From the NCBI GenBank assembly GCA_964519305.1, contig CAZFHY010000006.1, positions 1 through 64,000 of the forward strand: a stretch of 64,000 nucleotides of DNA. Reading direction: 5' to 3'. The translations under genes and the position numbers were made by a program. Position 1 is the stretch's first letter, and each line of letters starts with the position of its first letter. Below the pieces are notes generated by a model, which was not told where the DNA came from, made no database searches, and was given only the letters and a program-made list of their open reading frames with translations. The stretch comes from Candidatus Undinarchaeota archaeon. Lineage in GTDB: Archaea; SpSt-1190; JASMDC01. Below are positions 38,501 through 47,876 of this stretch, in pieces.

Positions 38501-38532
38501 AGCACTGCGGATGCGAGTGCGAGCTCAAATAG
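32596..38532 (+). CDS. Giant secreted Cys-rich protein with an NlpC/P60 domain and C-terminal Ig-like regions
   Basis: Signal peptide; GTPYVFGG...IDCSGF...PGDVLYF...HTGFY...IHA at ~34381-34752; acidic linker. Confidence 0.85.
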   Translation: MAGRLVRSAAVLICSWLVLVAIAADGPASGDTVCCDGSGGASMTSRQECTSGGGTVSSDTVQAPAKPEDDLISGSGTGPAALNVEDLKCDSDKMDNIDARNMCEHLKKMGSSYDSIDGFMYGKDGKGGIQGHLEELHAALVKQCDNCTETHKDFQATLYDDCAKAGGGRTGNLAFDINAIAAATTDQFGPAICDDAGKFVCLADDAHKCQAREDGKGGALEGARQCGVCVVASCCAGKKVLPGGFEDPDAAAGACSEDKINPKEGPCPNSRTWECTIKDGPLKKKQNDDLGIHGARGLCEKPGDAASCSKTGQGKAPAGCTSSSSGACSQTGNPKRCKSKIWGDSPSTDSGKSDNSAMKWCTDDGGDGKRRPAVCKHKDACSGCNWKEGSSSEQRSEDYDKNVLECYGYKEANPKCEQEGISEDEVKKHTYCFANTDQYHRYTCDEDGKCKDKDSVGAVVEVTPSENAVVLPAALAECQVRVANLKDVCTVSGSKTFGKGGTDITPCAMAPLIKEMMEFTENFHYRYLGSGGVKDQIRTMWDKLECPGELGGPGTDSAAAMKGDGTGNDQIATQVAEDEKKKAEERAAKGSADSNAIVSEANSWKGTPYVFGGNTRSGIDCSGFTQQVMRKNGVNIPRTAASQWAACQRSGGTYVNANELQPGDVLYFQNTYKKGVSHTGFYVGNDQYIHAPKTGDVVRTVRFSTSRHYKSHWKGACRFTGLKGGSPPGGTKGPGATPEQLKANTVTNEMRTVGSLRNEQAEFGIGMKEFQDRIKKLIALTKAEKGLHWDITTKHDDFGKAYDPATFATEEGHLRPTMNSGEHKDAPMYEGYAWSIAKEDDTLCQLEASKCTDADGEALGDTEKARTKLVERTKAAVEEKCKGCHLLPQVIGKCKNPSKSCRSEKDKCEVDGLSSSVDFDRHRNTDAWGGSALKAVENIKGLPEEVFTRIDGCYDYAIDKTNSAQECKGQGEGSACSDGICCSGECTDATACNAYGPQGPGGPGGPDGPGQDQQQPPGDHPPGCSCQACSGGQQPSATPPADEEEEGPGGEEEEEPGDEEEGDEPGEEEESGDEEEEEEEEGPDDPEARLSCHGSKRTDPCTLDDKDGLCCTGDDKLYCLADEDECPDDPTFAQECEGQDDGAPCFEENGEPQGICCIPPDSDVSVCRLGASYCRTRIDEEDLDSTNPTECTDACQQCFDTSNSHCQARAGVCVCEMGREWRTTGKQCPQSVPPPMKARYQACCEALFADVLVIEPPEAMDGPFIEGDATYAAGTVMTLRLRNPDESSVHVCGEWWRAFASVEGWTEVKQVEKDLPVGCMAVPSSAAVTWDLEGVLDEEDEPGPMGIGSYKVEMCYCTSVVGDDCLTGAKRCVEHRFRVVDPGTTFGEGDLSMCMTPSGLTTGVSYDRCRTVSSDTGFCCSLGFEERALPLDCSGVEDGYEDPVLDECNVRNPGEARLAERCRDLAMDEDVACEERCLTDHPGLSSQEVCLSDECEADPLLTDRLVGCGAHEECLRVEKALHPDLKVTVGMVRGGEFATTFYAGEPAQVEVEVYNAGQFGFSGAVETAILHLVACDCPACPAGYTCDCECQEERTATVSRELSLLRPGETFRYRTDTMSLAESMANGTVQPVATVARTGSPVAEARGELVHVLEMGQLEVTEAWFEMGGERATSAYPGAEITGVAELSSRWFPLNVSLYLEIGGVEIDGTRATVEVTGPVSSLSMTTLPWEVTAEKIEAVTRLGVEVVSPEGDVLMKRTLLEQGTGAADCAGSVMTTACHDGRGRVLRSYPAGYLEVRPLRLRVTDAYFIDADGNAVNTLYEDTEMRAIVVVDNGAPIAFTGVLEAIVAGDDGADVAEGHALVDTELPARGGTKRLETPSFQATKGSTYTIRVRAAGTDGTVWNDQLVSKYLFPHGTLVVIDEEEMTDERNDVSTHLIFTACEVRVSCGACLPVCELHVDPTTCSLSTQHCGCECELK

Positions 38533-38721
38533 CGGTGTGGCTTACGGGGATGATGACAGGAAAGCAGGGGGACCGGGAGATACGGTGAATCAGCCGTTAC
38601 GGAAGCGCTCAGAGGTCGCCCCCGATCACCCTGCTATTGAATATGCTGCTAATTATAAAGTCCGACCGACTTAATAACTATTGCCATAATCAACCCCACA
38701 CGTCGCGGTCAGGGGCTTGGA

Positions 38722-40179
38722 TCACTTCTCTTCCTGGTTGCGCTCCAACTCTTCGCGCCAGAGCCGCGCCGTGGCCTTGATGTGGCCCACGCGGTCGCCC
38801 AGTGCTGTCCAGGTGTCGGGTACCTGGCCGTCGTAGCGCTCACCTGTCCGCAGGACGAGGTCCTCGATGCCCTCAGCGACATGCTCCAGCTCGCCTGCTT
38901 CCGCAGGATCGGAGATGTTCTCGATGGCGTCGTCCCAGTCGCGACCGGTCCATACCTCGAGGGCGTGGGTCAGCGCGGCCACGTAGTCCCCACGCTTGGT
39001 CTCCAGCTCCTCCCGGACCACCTTCTCGTGGACCTGGGCGTAGCCGTGCATCCGCTCGAGCGCTCCCGTGTTCTCGACACGGAGCACCTCGAACACGCGC
39101 GAGTAATCGGCGTTGCTTTCCACGAGCTCGTCGAACACAGAAGCATCCTGGGAGTACACCCGGGACATGGTGTCGGTGACCTCGTCGATATCCTCGAGCA
39201 TCTTGAAAGCGGCGTTCCCGGCCACCAGAAGCTCCTTGCCCTCGATATCCCTGTTGGTGAGGGTGCCCAGCTCGTGTACGTTGAGCCGGGTCATGAGGTC
39301 GGTAACGCCCTCGTAGACGTCCTCGACAGCTCCCTTGTAGGGGTCGAGCGCGCCACCGAAGCTGGAACGGAACACCTTCTTGCCGATGGTCTTCCATACC
39401 TTCAGGCCGTCGCCACCGTCCGCCTCGTTCTTTGTGCGTCGGAGCGACTCTACCAGGTAGGTGTTGAAGTCGGCGGGGACGGTGAAGTCCAGCGCCTTCT
39501 GGGGGAGAGGGATGACCACATCGGCGTTCTCCGTCTTGCCGAAGCGCTCGGTCTTCACGTCCGAGAGCTGGAGATAACCTTCGCTGTAGTCGGTGAGGAT
39601 GCCACGGTACTCGCGGCCACTGGGGTCCTTGACGGCGACGCCGTACCCGACCAGGTGCTCGAGATTGTCGTCCCAGCTGCCGCCGATGTTGTCGAACACC
39701 GCCTGAGCGCCTTCGGTGGTCACCGAGCCGCCCATGTACATGCTGGCGCCGGCCGTGGTCACACGGCTGACGGCGTTCACGGAGTTGGCAAGAGGTGCCT
39801 TGGTACGGTCCCAGAACTTGTGGAGCCAGCCCCTGCCTGTCCCGTTCTGCACGATCTTTGAGAGCTCCGAGTCGCGCTTGGCGAGCTTCTTGTCGCCAAG
39901 GTCCTGCTCGAACCGGGTGACGGAGTACACCTCGTTGGAGGAGTAGATGGCCTGGTTGGCGGCCACGTAGGAGCCGTTGACGTCGAGGAGGATGTTGTCG
40001 TGGTCGTCGATCTGGAGCACCTTGCCCCTGATCTGGTAGTCCTCCGAGGCGGTGTTGAGCGATACGTAATCGCCGTCGAAGTCACCGAGGCACCTGTCAG
40101 TGCCGTTGTATAGGAAACCACGTGCCAGCAGACCGGCGGTCACCGCGCCGAGCACGAAATGGCCTGGATCGAGAGACAT
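38722..40179 (-). CDS. Hypothetical protein (N-terminal TM, possible Sm-like segments, helical C-terminus)
   Basis: 485-aa ORF with strong GC3 coding pattern. Confidence 0.7.
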   Translation of the reverse strand: MSLDPGHFVLGAVTAGLLARGFLYNGTDRCLGDFDGDYVSLNTASEDYQIRGKVLQIDDHDNILLDVNGSYVAANQAIYSSNEVYSVTRFEQDLGDKKLAKRDSELSKIVQNGTGRGWLHKFWDRTKAPLANSVNAVSRVTTAGASMYMGGSVTTEGAQAVFDNIGGSWDDNLEHLVGYGVAVKDPSGREYRGILTDYSEGYLQLSDVKTERFGKTENADVVIPLPQKALDFTVPADFNTYLVESLRRTKNEADGGDGLKVWKTIGKKVFRSSFGGALDPYKGAVEDVYEGVTDLMTRLNVHELGTLTNRDIEGKELLVAGNAAFKMLEDIDEVTDTMSRVYSQDASVFDELVESNADYSRVFEVLRVENTGALERMHGYAQVHEKVVREELETKRGDYVAALTHALEVWTGRDWDDAIENISDPAEAGELEHVAEGIEDLVLRTGERYDGQVPDTWTALGDRVGHIKATARLWREELERNQEEK

Positions 40180-40291
40180 GATGTATCACCATTACTCTGT
40201 GAGTGACAGACCGCGCTCCGGGGCCGCTATTTATAGTTTCCCATGATGATTGGTTATAAGGGGAAATAGAGGTGGGACCGCTAGTTCCTGT

Positions 40292-43200
40292 CTAGGGATG
40301 GAAACTGTGCAGCCCTTTGTCCTCTCCGCCCTCCTTCTTCTTCGGCTGCTCCCCGGTCACACCCTCGGGCTGCTGCGGTGGTTGGGGGTGCTGCGGCACC
40401 TGCGGCCGTCCCATGGCCCCTGGATGGAGACCGTGCGCTGCCTGCTGGGCCCCTTGGCCGCTCGTCGGCTGCTGCCCGGGCGTACCCCACCCGTGCTGCT
40501 GCTGATGCTGGCTTTGCATCTGCGGTGAATGGACCGTCTGTGCACCGTAGTACGCCCGCTGGCCGTAGTACTGGCCCCCGCCGTAGTACTGCTGTTGCGG
40601 GCCATAGTAACGCTGCTGCCCCTGTGCCTGCTGGGACCCGTCCAGGGCCGCACCACCGACCGCCTTGTCCACAGCTGCTCCGGGGAACAGCGCCCGCTTG
40701 AAGGCGAGGAGCAGGGCGCCGATGACCACGATCACCTCGATGAAGTCCTTGATGTTGGCGAGCTCACCGATCCGCTCGATAACGGCCACTGCTCCGATCT
40801 CGACGGTGACCTTGTGCTCGGTGGTGGCGTTGGGCATACCAAGGGGCCGTATCCTGATGGTGAGCTCATGCTCACCGGGCACGATCCCCTGGACGTCGAC
40901 CGAGAGCGGCAGGGTGGCGTCCTCCTCGATGACCACCTTGTGCCTGGCATTCCATGATAGCCCCATGGCGTTGCTGTCCGCCTCCAGAGCGATATCGAAC
41001 GCTTCTCGTAGCGACCCTGTGTTCTTCAGCGTGAAGGCAAGCAGACGCGTCTCCTTTTCTATCATCTCGATCGAGCCCGGACCCTCGATATCGGCCGAGC
41101 ATACACAGTCCGGCGAGGTGCGGCAGTCCTCGCCGACACCCGGCTCGCAAGCACCATCGACGCACTGATCGGGACCGCAGTCCAAGGCACACGTCACGCA
41201 CTCGGTGGCGTTCTCGCACGTACCGTCACCGCACCCGCCACGGCAGGAATGGCTCTCCGCGTCGCACGTCATTGTGCTCGGGCAGCCACAGTCCTCGCAG
41301 CACGAGCTCGAGCCCTCGTCGGGGCTGTCGCAGTGAGCGTCGCCGCAGGTGATCCGGTTGCACCCTATCTCGTTGGAACCGGCACGGGACGTGTCGCAGA
41401 TGAAACCGAGCATGCACAGGCAGTCCTTGGGAGCGAGGATGCAGTCCTCTCCCAGGGCCGTGTCGCACACGCCGTTCCCGCGACAGTCCAGGATCGAGCA
41501 GTCGGCCGGGCACTGACCGCACTCGTTCTGGCACTTACCATCACCGCACTCGGCGGTGGCGCACCGGCCGGAGGCGTCGCATGTGAAACCCTTCTCGCAC
41601 ATACCCTCGCATAAGCATGAGTCGCCACCGGCACCACGGACCAAGCACCACCCCGCACCGTCGCACACGCCCAGCTCGCACACGCTACCGCACGGCCGTT
41701 CCTCGGGGACGCACTGGCCGCCGATGCACAGGTCCTCAGTGCAGGGGTTCCCGTCATCACATCCACAGTCCTCGGGACAGGTGTTACAGTCCTCGGTGGC
41801 CTCGCACACGCTGTTGGGGCACTCGGCGGTGCAGGCGTTGTGCGGGTCGGAGGGACATGGGTCCTCGTCGTCCGGGATACCGTCCAGATCGCGGTCCGAC
41901 AGGCACGCGTCGTCGGCACAGATGAACGTGACCTCGAAAGCGGCCCTGCAGGCCGTGTCGGGCTCGGTCATGTTGCCGCATCGTGCGCACCCTGCCGATG
42001 GTTCGCACACGAGCCCTTCCTCAGTGCAAGTCCTCTCCAGACCGGGGGTGCACACGCCTTCCACGCAAGAGAACGTTATGTGGGCGTTCTGGTGGCAGAG
42101 ACCGGCGCAGTCGTCATCCACGGCGCATGACTTGCAGGCGTTCTTGGGATCGCGCGGGCACGGGTCCGTGTCGTCGCCGAACCCGTCGCCGTCGAAGTCA
42201 GGAGCACATCCTCGGGGCCTGTCCGAGGACGGATCGCACGTCTCGCCCTCATGACACCCGCAATCCTCCTGGCAACGACCACAGTTCTCGTTGGGATCAC
42301 ACACACCGTTCCCGCACAATCGCTGGCACGTGCCGTCGCGACAGCCGAATGCAGAGCCGTAGGTGAGGGATGCTGTGCAGTTGATGTCTGCGATGCATCC
42401 AACGCATCCTTCACGGGAACAGACGGTACCCGATTCCGTGCAGTTGGTCGATGGTCGCTCCTTGCACACGTAGTTGTCGCATCCCTGCCCGCTGAACACG
42501 TTATGCTCGCAGGAGTAGCGGCAGTTATCGTTACGGAAGCATGAGGCTACCTTGCAGAAGAGCCCTTCGATGTCACAGGCGTAGTTGGGTCCGTACTGCG
42601 ACTGGCACTGCTCGTTGGATATACAGGAGAGGCAACCGGATGGGAGCTGACATACCTGGTTGATGCCGGTGGCGGAGCAGTCGTGGATGTTCTCGACCTG
42701 GATCTCGCACCGCATGTCGCCACAGGAATAGTCGAGGAAGGAGTAGCGCTGGCAGGTGTCCTCGCAATGGTCGTCCTCGAGGCAGGACACGCACCCACGC
42801 TCGCTGTTGCATTGGAGGTCCAGATCGCTGCAGGACGACTCGGTCACGTTGCAGACGCCAGCGGTGCAGGTGCTGTTGAGGTATGTGCGTCCGTCCGCCC
42901 CTCCGCATGTATCGGCGCACCCTGGCGCTGTGGCGCTGCACTCGCCCACCTCGGAGCACGCACCGGGCGCGTTCCCGGAGCAGCAGGGCTGGGCCAGGGA
43001 CGAACAAGCCAGCTGAGCTGTCTCCTGGGCGCACCGCACCTCGCCCGCGCATCCCGCGCTGCCGCACACCTTCCCGGGCTCGAAGCCCGGTGGTGGGGCC
43101 ACGCACTGGCCGCTGCAGCAGAAACCGCTCCCAGATGCGGTGACGCAGGGGGCGTGGTCGGGTTCGCACGAGGCCTTGCACAGCCAGTCCTTGTTGGGAT

Positions 43201-46200
43201 CGTCCACGCACATGGGCGCCGCCTCCCCGCAGTTGTCGACCTGTCCGCCGGGACAGGTGACGGCCTGGCTGCACGTTCCTGAACCGGGATCGCACACCAG
43301 CTCCCCGCCGCACTCACAGTCCTTCGTGCACGGATCGCCAGCGCCCTTTGTCTGGATCGGGACGCAAGCGCCTGTCACACAGCACTGGGAGGCACAGTGC
43401 GTCTCGGACGAGCAGCCGGTCATGCACGTACCCACGGTACCGTCGCACACATAATCACCGCACTCCTGCGCCGTCGTCCCATCGAACGCGCCGAGGAGTG
43501 TACAGACGGAGGTCATGGTCCGCTCCTCGTTGCACACGTCACGGCCGACAGTATCGCACTGCCACGCGTTGCTCTGACATGCGACGAGGCCCTCGGGGCA
43601 CGGGCCGGTCCCGCACGCCCCCCGGGGCGTCCACAGGAGGTCGGGCATGACCTCGCAGCCTGTCCCGCAGCAGTAACCGGTCGTGACGCCGTGCTCACAG
43701 GCGGCCGCGCCGAAAGCTGCGCACGATGCGCAGCGGTCGAGGCCGCCGGTACCGTCCGTATCGAGGCAGGGGAAGATGTCCTGACAATGGAGGCTCGATG
43801 TGCAGGCCTCCCGGCACTGGCCGGCGGACGGATCACATCGGTAGGGCGAGCAGTCACCTCTGCTCTCGAAGGTCCCTGTGGTCGAGCACTGGCCCTTTCG
43901 GGCGAGATCATCGGAGCACACAGGATCGCCCAGGGAGTCGCAGGCCCAGTCGCCGTCCCTACAGGTCACCGCTCCGGTGCAGTTGCCCTCACCGCACGCG
44001 TTACTGGGGGTCCATGGGGCCAGAGGCATGCCCTGACAGGTGTCACCACAGCAGAAGCCCGTGGCGCCGTCCAGGTCGCATACCGACGCCTCGTGCTCGG
44101 CGCAACCCCCGCAGGTGTCGGGTGCCCGGTCGCCGTCCACGTCTATGCAGGCAGCGGGCGCGAGGCAGTGCTCGTTGGACACGCACCCGGTGAAGCAGCT
44201 ACCGGAAGCATCGTCGCACTGGTAGGGAGCGCACAGCTTTGCCTGTGCGGCGTTGAACACTCCCGTCAGAGTGCATGTGGACGATTTGTCCTGTGAGCAT
44301 GCTGCTTGTCCCGCGGAACTGCACTGCCAGGTACCCGTCCCGCACGTCACCGAACCCTCGCATGGCACCTCCCCGCAGGCCGCGCCCGGTGTCCAGTCGA
44401 AGATGAGCATGCCTGCGCACTCTCCGCCACAGCAGTACCCTGCCTGGATACCTTCCTGACACTGCTTGGTAGCGTGCTTGGAGCATGTGGAGCAGGTGTC
44501 CAGCCCGCCAGCACCGTCCGTGTCGATGCACGACAGACCCCCCTGACAGTCGGTGTCCGATGCGCACGCGGCCCCTTCTCCCGCAAGGTCCGTGCAGGTG
44601 CCGGTGTTGGCATCGCAGAACCCGGCCGCGCACTCGCAGTCGAGGTCGCATTCCGCATCGTTGGGGAGCTTGGTGACGTAGCACAGGTCGTTGCAGCAGG
44701 CACCCTCGCCGTCGTCCGTGTAGCACAACCGGCCCGTCTCCATCCCCGCACAGGAGCTGCAAGCGTCAACTAGATTGTCGCCGTCGCTGTCCCTGCACAC
44801 GTCGGTACATAGAGATCCGACGCAGCACACACCGCTCTGGCCCGCGTTGTCGGTGGCCGGTTTGCCGTTATCATCACCGGGATGGCATGTACCGCACTGG
44901 CCGCCGGCACCCGTCTTGTCGATGCACAGACCGCTGGCGCACTGACCGCCGTCGGTACAGGTCTGGCCGTCGCGGAGGAGACAGGCGTCCACTATGCACT
45001 CATAGCCGGCCTGACAGGGGCAGTCAAGGAGACAGGCACCGCAGTCCTCGCCGGTCTCGCATTTCCCGTTGCCGCAGCAGACGAGGGCCGCCTCTCCGGT
45101 CTCGTCGCAATCCGGGTCCGTTCCGAAACACTCGGCCGACAGGCAGACGGCGTCGCAGACCGCGGGGCACGCGGTGCACTGGGGAGGAGCCGTGGCGCAG
45201 AACTCGCCCCCGCTACAAGTGACGCACGTACCGCCAACACAGGAACAGGACCCGGCGTCACCGTCACACTCGCTGGAGTCGTCCACGGTGCACGCTCCAC
45301 CGCTGCAGTCGCTGCATCCGGGGCAGGCGGTGTAGTCACAGGTGGCCGAGCAGGTCCCCTCCGTCGCGGAGCAGATAGCACCGCCGTCCACATCGAGACC
45401 GTCGCACTGAGCGGACACCGTGGCGCCGTTCTGACCGTTGCACGACAAGTGACATACTGTGTCACCTTCAGCCGTCCCGTCCCCCTCACAACAGTCCTGG
45501 GGGCAGCTGGTGTGGTCCTCACCTACACCCTCGTCACAGGACCCGTCGCCGCACATGGCGCCCTGTAGGTAGGTGATGGAGACATCGTACAGCTCTGGGG
45601 AGCTGGTATGCGGTGTTGACAGATCGAACTGGTACTGGAAGTACCGGTTGTCGGCAACGTCCGGGTTCTGTGGTGATGTGACGTCGATGGTCGTGAACGC
45701 CTCGCCCGTGCACGACGGATCGTCGCAGCTCCGCACCTTTGGAGTGAACAGTAGGAAGCCCCGCTCGTAGTGGTCCTGGATCTCGGTGGCGGTGAGCGCT
45801 CTGTTGTAGATGGCCACCTCGTCGAAGGTGTTGGTGTCGTGCCTGCCCACAAGTAGATCGTACGAGTTGGTGACGATGGTATCGGAGAGCGCCTTCGATT
45901 TCTGCACCTGGCCATTGACGTAGATGTTCTGCTGGGATTCTGCGGGACCGGTCCGGTCGTAGGTGAGCGCTACGTGGTACCATCCGGATGACAGTGTGGC
46001 CGATATCTTCTGCCGGTTGACCCTGCCGACTACCGAATCGGAGTCGATGGTGAGCGCGTAGGCTCCGGGCTTGACGATACCCCGGTCCGGTCGCAACCAA
46101 ACGGTATTCAGGAACCCGTCGTCATTGGGCCCGCGGTAGGCGATGGCGAACACGGTGTCGGTGACCGGGACGATGGCCGGCCTTCGTGCGTAAGTGCCCT

Positions 46201-47737
46201 CGAACTGATTGGTATTGATGACGGAGAGCCCGCTCGTACCGTCCTCGCCGATGGACACCATCTTCACTACCCCTCTTGTGTTGTGATTGGAGTAGACGAG
46301 AGCGAACCGGTCGTGGGCGATGTGGACTATGTCGGGTTCGTACCCTTTCTGGGGACTGGTGGCGAACTGCAGGAGGCCGAGCTCCTTGTCCTCGATCTGG
46401 CCGTTGTCGGCGATGGACACGGTCCTGATCTCCCCGATATCGCTGACGCCCCGATGGACTATGGCGAACACATCCCCAGCCACGTGCACGATCTCCGGCT
46501 CGTAGACCTTCTGGCAGGCACCCTCTCGGTCGGTGTTGATCGACAGAGTGTCTATGACCGCACCGATGGTCCCTTTATTATCGATGGACACGGTCTTGAG
46601 GAATCCGCAGTCGTTGTCCCCCCGGTAGACGATGGCGAACACGGTACCGTCCACGTGGATGATGCGCGGCTCATATCCCTTTGTTCCGTCGAACTCCAGG
46701 GAGGAGTCGGTCTGGTCCACTCCTACCCCGTTCGCCGGGATGGTCACGGTCTCTACCATCCCTGCATCGTTGTCCGTCCGGTAGACCACGGCGTACATAG
46801 TACCTGCGACATGGACGATGTCCGGGTCCAATCCCGTACCGTCGAACTTAAGGTCACTGAGGAACTTAGAGCCGAAAGCTCCCGCGGCGCTGATGGAAAC
46901 GGTCTTGATCTTCCCGTCCTGGTTGTCGAACTTGCTGAATGCGACGGCATAGATGTCGCCCGCGACATGGATGAGGTCCGGTTGGTCGCCGTGCCCGTCG
47001 AACTCCTTGGTAGCGAGTGTCCTGGTGCCGATCTGCCCGTCATCTGCGATGGTCACTGTACTAATGTACCCCTTGTCGGAGTTGGCGCCGCGGTAGGCGA
47101 CGGCGTATGTTGTCCCGCTCACGTGGATGATGCTCGCGCTCGAGGCGGCACCAGTGTCGAACTCGAGGGAATCCACGTTATTATCAGGATGCTCCCACTC
47201 CGCCCCGAGCTTCACAAATGCTTCGATCGTGATGGCATCGGCGATGTCCAGGCTCGCAGCGTCCGCGATGGTGACAACATCGTCCTCCCCGCCGAACTGG
47301 AGGCCCGTCCCGAACCGTCCCTCGGCCCCGTACGTGGGATCCCCTGACGCGGTACCGTGGTTCCCCTGGCCCGAGGCGTCCTGGGGCGCTCCGCCCGTTT
47401 CGTCAAGGTGTAAGAGGAGCACGTTGTCCGTCATGTCCGCTCCGCCCCTCACGGTCTCGATCCCCCTGTTGTCCGGGAAGGGCTTACCGTAGGGCGCTCC
47501 CCGGGTCCACGTGATGGACTGCCACTGGGAGGTCGTCAGGGCGTCGAACACCTTGGATGTGTAGGTGCCGGCGGTCTGACCGGATGCGAGCTTCACATGG
47601 TCGGTGCTCCACTGGGTGCTGGAATAGGTCCCCTCGTCGAACGTCGTTTTGTCATCCGTCTCCCAGATGTCGGCCGCGACGAGGGCAATGAGCAATAAGA
47701 GGACGACCACAGGCCGGACAAACCTCCCACTACTCAT
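40292..47737 (-). CDS. Giant surface protein: split LamG, 7-repeat propeller, long Cys-rich region, C-terminal TM and Q/Y/G-rich tail
   Basis: Signal peptide; LHLDE..DASG.GNHG and WYHVALTYD..DEVAIYNRAL LamG halves; CGNG.C..E.C..C..DC repeats. Confidence 0.85.
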   Translation of the reverse strand: MSSGRFVRPVVVLLLLIALVAADIWETDDKTTFDEGTYSSTQWSTDHVKLASGQTAGTYTSKVFDALTTSQWQSITWTRGAPYGKPFPDNRGIETVRGGADMTDNVLLLHLDETGGAPQDASGQGNHGTASGDPTYGAEGRFGTGLQFGGEDDVVTIADAASLDIADAITIEAFVKLGAEWEHPDNNVDSLEFDTGAASSASIIHVSGTTYAVAYRGANSDKGYISTVTIADDGQIGTRTLATKEFDGHGDQPDLIHVAGDIYAVAFSKFDNQDGKIKTVSISAAGAFGSKFLSDLKFDGTGLDPDIVHVAGTMYAVVYRTDNDAGMVETVTIPANGVGVDQTDSSLEFDGTKGYEPRIIHVDGTVFAIVYRGDNDCGFLKTVSIDNKGTIGAVIDTLSINTDREGACQKVYEPEIVHVAGDVFAIVHRGVSDIGEIRTVSIADNGQIEDKELGLLQFATSPQKGYEPDIVHIAHDRFALVYSNHNTRGVVKMVSIGEDGTSGLSVINTNQFEGTYARRPAIVPVTDTVFAIAYRGPNDDGFLNTVWLRPDRGIVKPGAYALTIDSDSVVGRVNRQKISATLSSGWYHVALTYDRTGPAESQQNIYVNGQVQKSKALSDTIVTNSYDLLVGRHDTNTFDEVAIYNRALTATEIQDHYERGFLLFTPKVRSCDDPSCTGEAFTTIDVTSPQNPDVADNRYFQYQFDLSTPHTSSPELYDVSITYLQGAMCGDGSCDEGVGEDHTSCPQDCCEGDGTAEGDTVCHLSCNGQNGATVSAQCDGLDVDGGAICSATEGTCSATCDYTACPGCSDCSGGACTVDDSSECDGDAGSCSCVGGTCVTCSGGEFCATAPPQCTACPAVCDAVCLSAECFGTDPDCDETGEAALVCCGNGKCETGEDCGACLLDCPCQAGYECIVDACLLRDGQTCTDGGQCASGLCIDKTGAGGQCGTCHPGDDNGKPATDNAGQSGVCCVGSLCTDVCRDSDGDNLVDACSSCAGMETGRLCYTDDGEGACCNDLCYVTKLPNDAECDLDCECAAGFCDANTGTCTDLAGEGAACASDTDCQGGLSCIDTDGAGGLDTCSTCSKHATKQCQEGIQAGYCCGGECAGMLIFDWTPGAACGEVPCEGSVTCGTGTWQCSSAGQAACSQDKSSTCTLTGVFNAAQAKLCAPYQCDDASGSCFTGCVSNEHCLAPAACIDVDGDRAPDTCGGCAEHEASVCDLDGATGFCCGDTCQGMPLAPWTPSNACGEGNCTGAVTCRDGDWACDSLGDPVCSDDLARKGQCSTTGTFESRGDCSPYRCDPSAGQCREACTSSLHCQDIFPCLDTDGTGGLDRCASCAAFGAAACEHGVTTGYCCGTGCEVMPDLLWTPRGACGTGPCPEGLVACQSNAWQCDTVGRDVCNEERTMTSVCTLLGAFDGTTAQECGDYVCDGTVGTCMTGCSSETHCASQCCVTGACVPIQTKGAGDPCTKDCECGGELVCDPGSGTCSQAVTCPGGQVDNCGEAAPMCVDDPNKDWLCKASCEPDHAPCVTASGSGFCCSGQCVAPPPGFEPGKVCGSAGCAGEVRCAQETAQLACSSLAQPCCSGNAPGACSEVGECSATAPGCADTCGGADGRTYLNSTCTAGVCNVTESSCSDLDLQCNSERGCVSCLEDDHCEDTCQRYSFLDYSCGDMRCEIQVENIHDCSATGINQVCQLPSGCLSCISNEQCQSQYGPNYACDIEGLFCKVASCFRNDNCRYSCEHNVFSGQGCDNYVCKERPSTNCTESGTVCSREGCVGCIADINCTASLTYGSAFGCRDGTCQRLCGNGVCDPNENCGRCQEDCGCHEGETCDPSSDRPRGCAPDFDGDGFGDDTDPCPRDPKNACKSCAVDDDCAGLCHQNAHITFSCVEGVCTPGLERTCTEEGLVCEPSAGCARCGNMTEPDTACRAAFEVTFICADDACLSDRDLDGIPDDEDPCPSDPHNACTAECPNSVCEATEDCNTCPEDCGCDDGNPCTEDLCIGGQCVPEERPCGSVCELGVCDGAGWCLVRGAGGDSCLCEGMCEKGFTCDASGRCATAECGDGKCQNECGQCPADCSILDCRGNGVCDTALGEDCILAPKDCLCMLGFICDTSRAGSNEIGCNRITCGDAHCDSPDEGSSSCCEDCGCPSTMTCDAESHSCRGGCGDGTCENATECVTCALDCGPDQCVDGACEPGVGEDCRTSPDCVCSADIEGPGSIEMIEKETRLLAFTLKNTGSLREAFDIALEADSNAMGLSWNARHKVVIEEDATLPLSVDVQGIVPGEHELTIRIRPLGMPNATTEHKVTVEIGAVAVIERIGELANIKDFIEVIVVIGALLLAFKRALFPGAAVDKAVGGAALDGSQQAQGQQRYYGPQQQYYGGGQYYGQRAYYGAQTVHSPQMQSQHQQQHGWGTPGQQPTSGQGAQQAAHGLHPGAMGRPQVPQHPQPPQQPEGVTGEQPKKKEGGEDKGLHSFHP

Positions 47738-47876
47738 GGGAATATTTCTAGGTTTGACGATTATTAAAGCTTGGGCCGGCAGTGCCATGCAGATAGTATT
47801 CCTGAGTCCGGACCGTTTTACACGTTTTTCACAATCTTTTTACATATTGTCCGGATAGACAGATGGAGGGGGCGAT

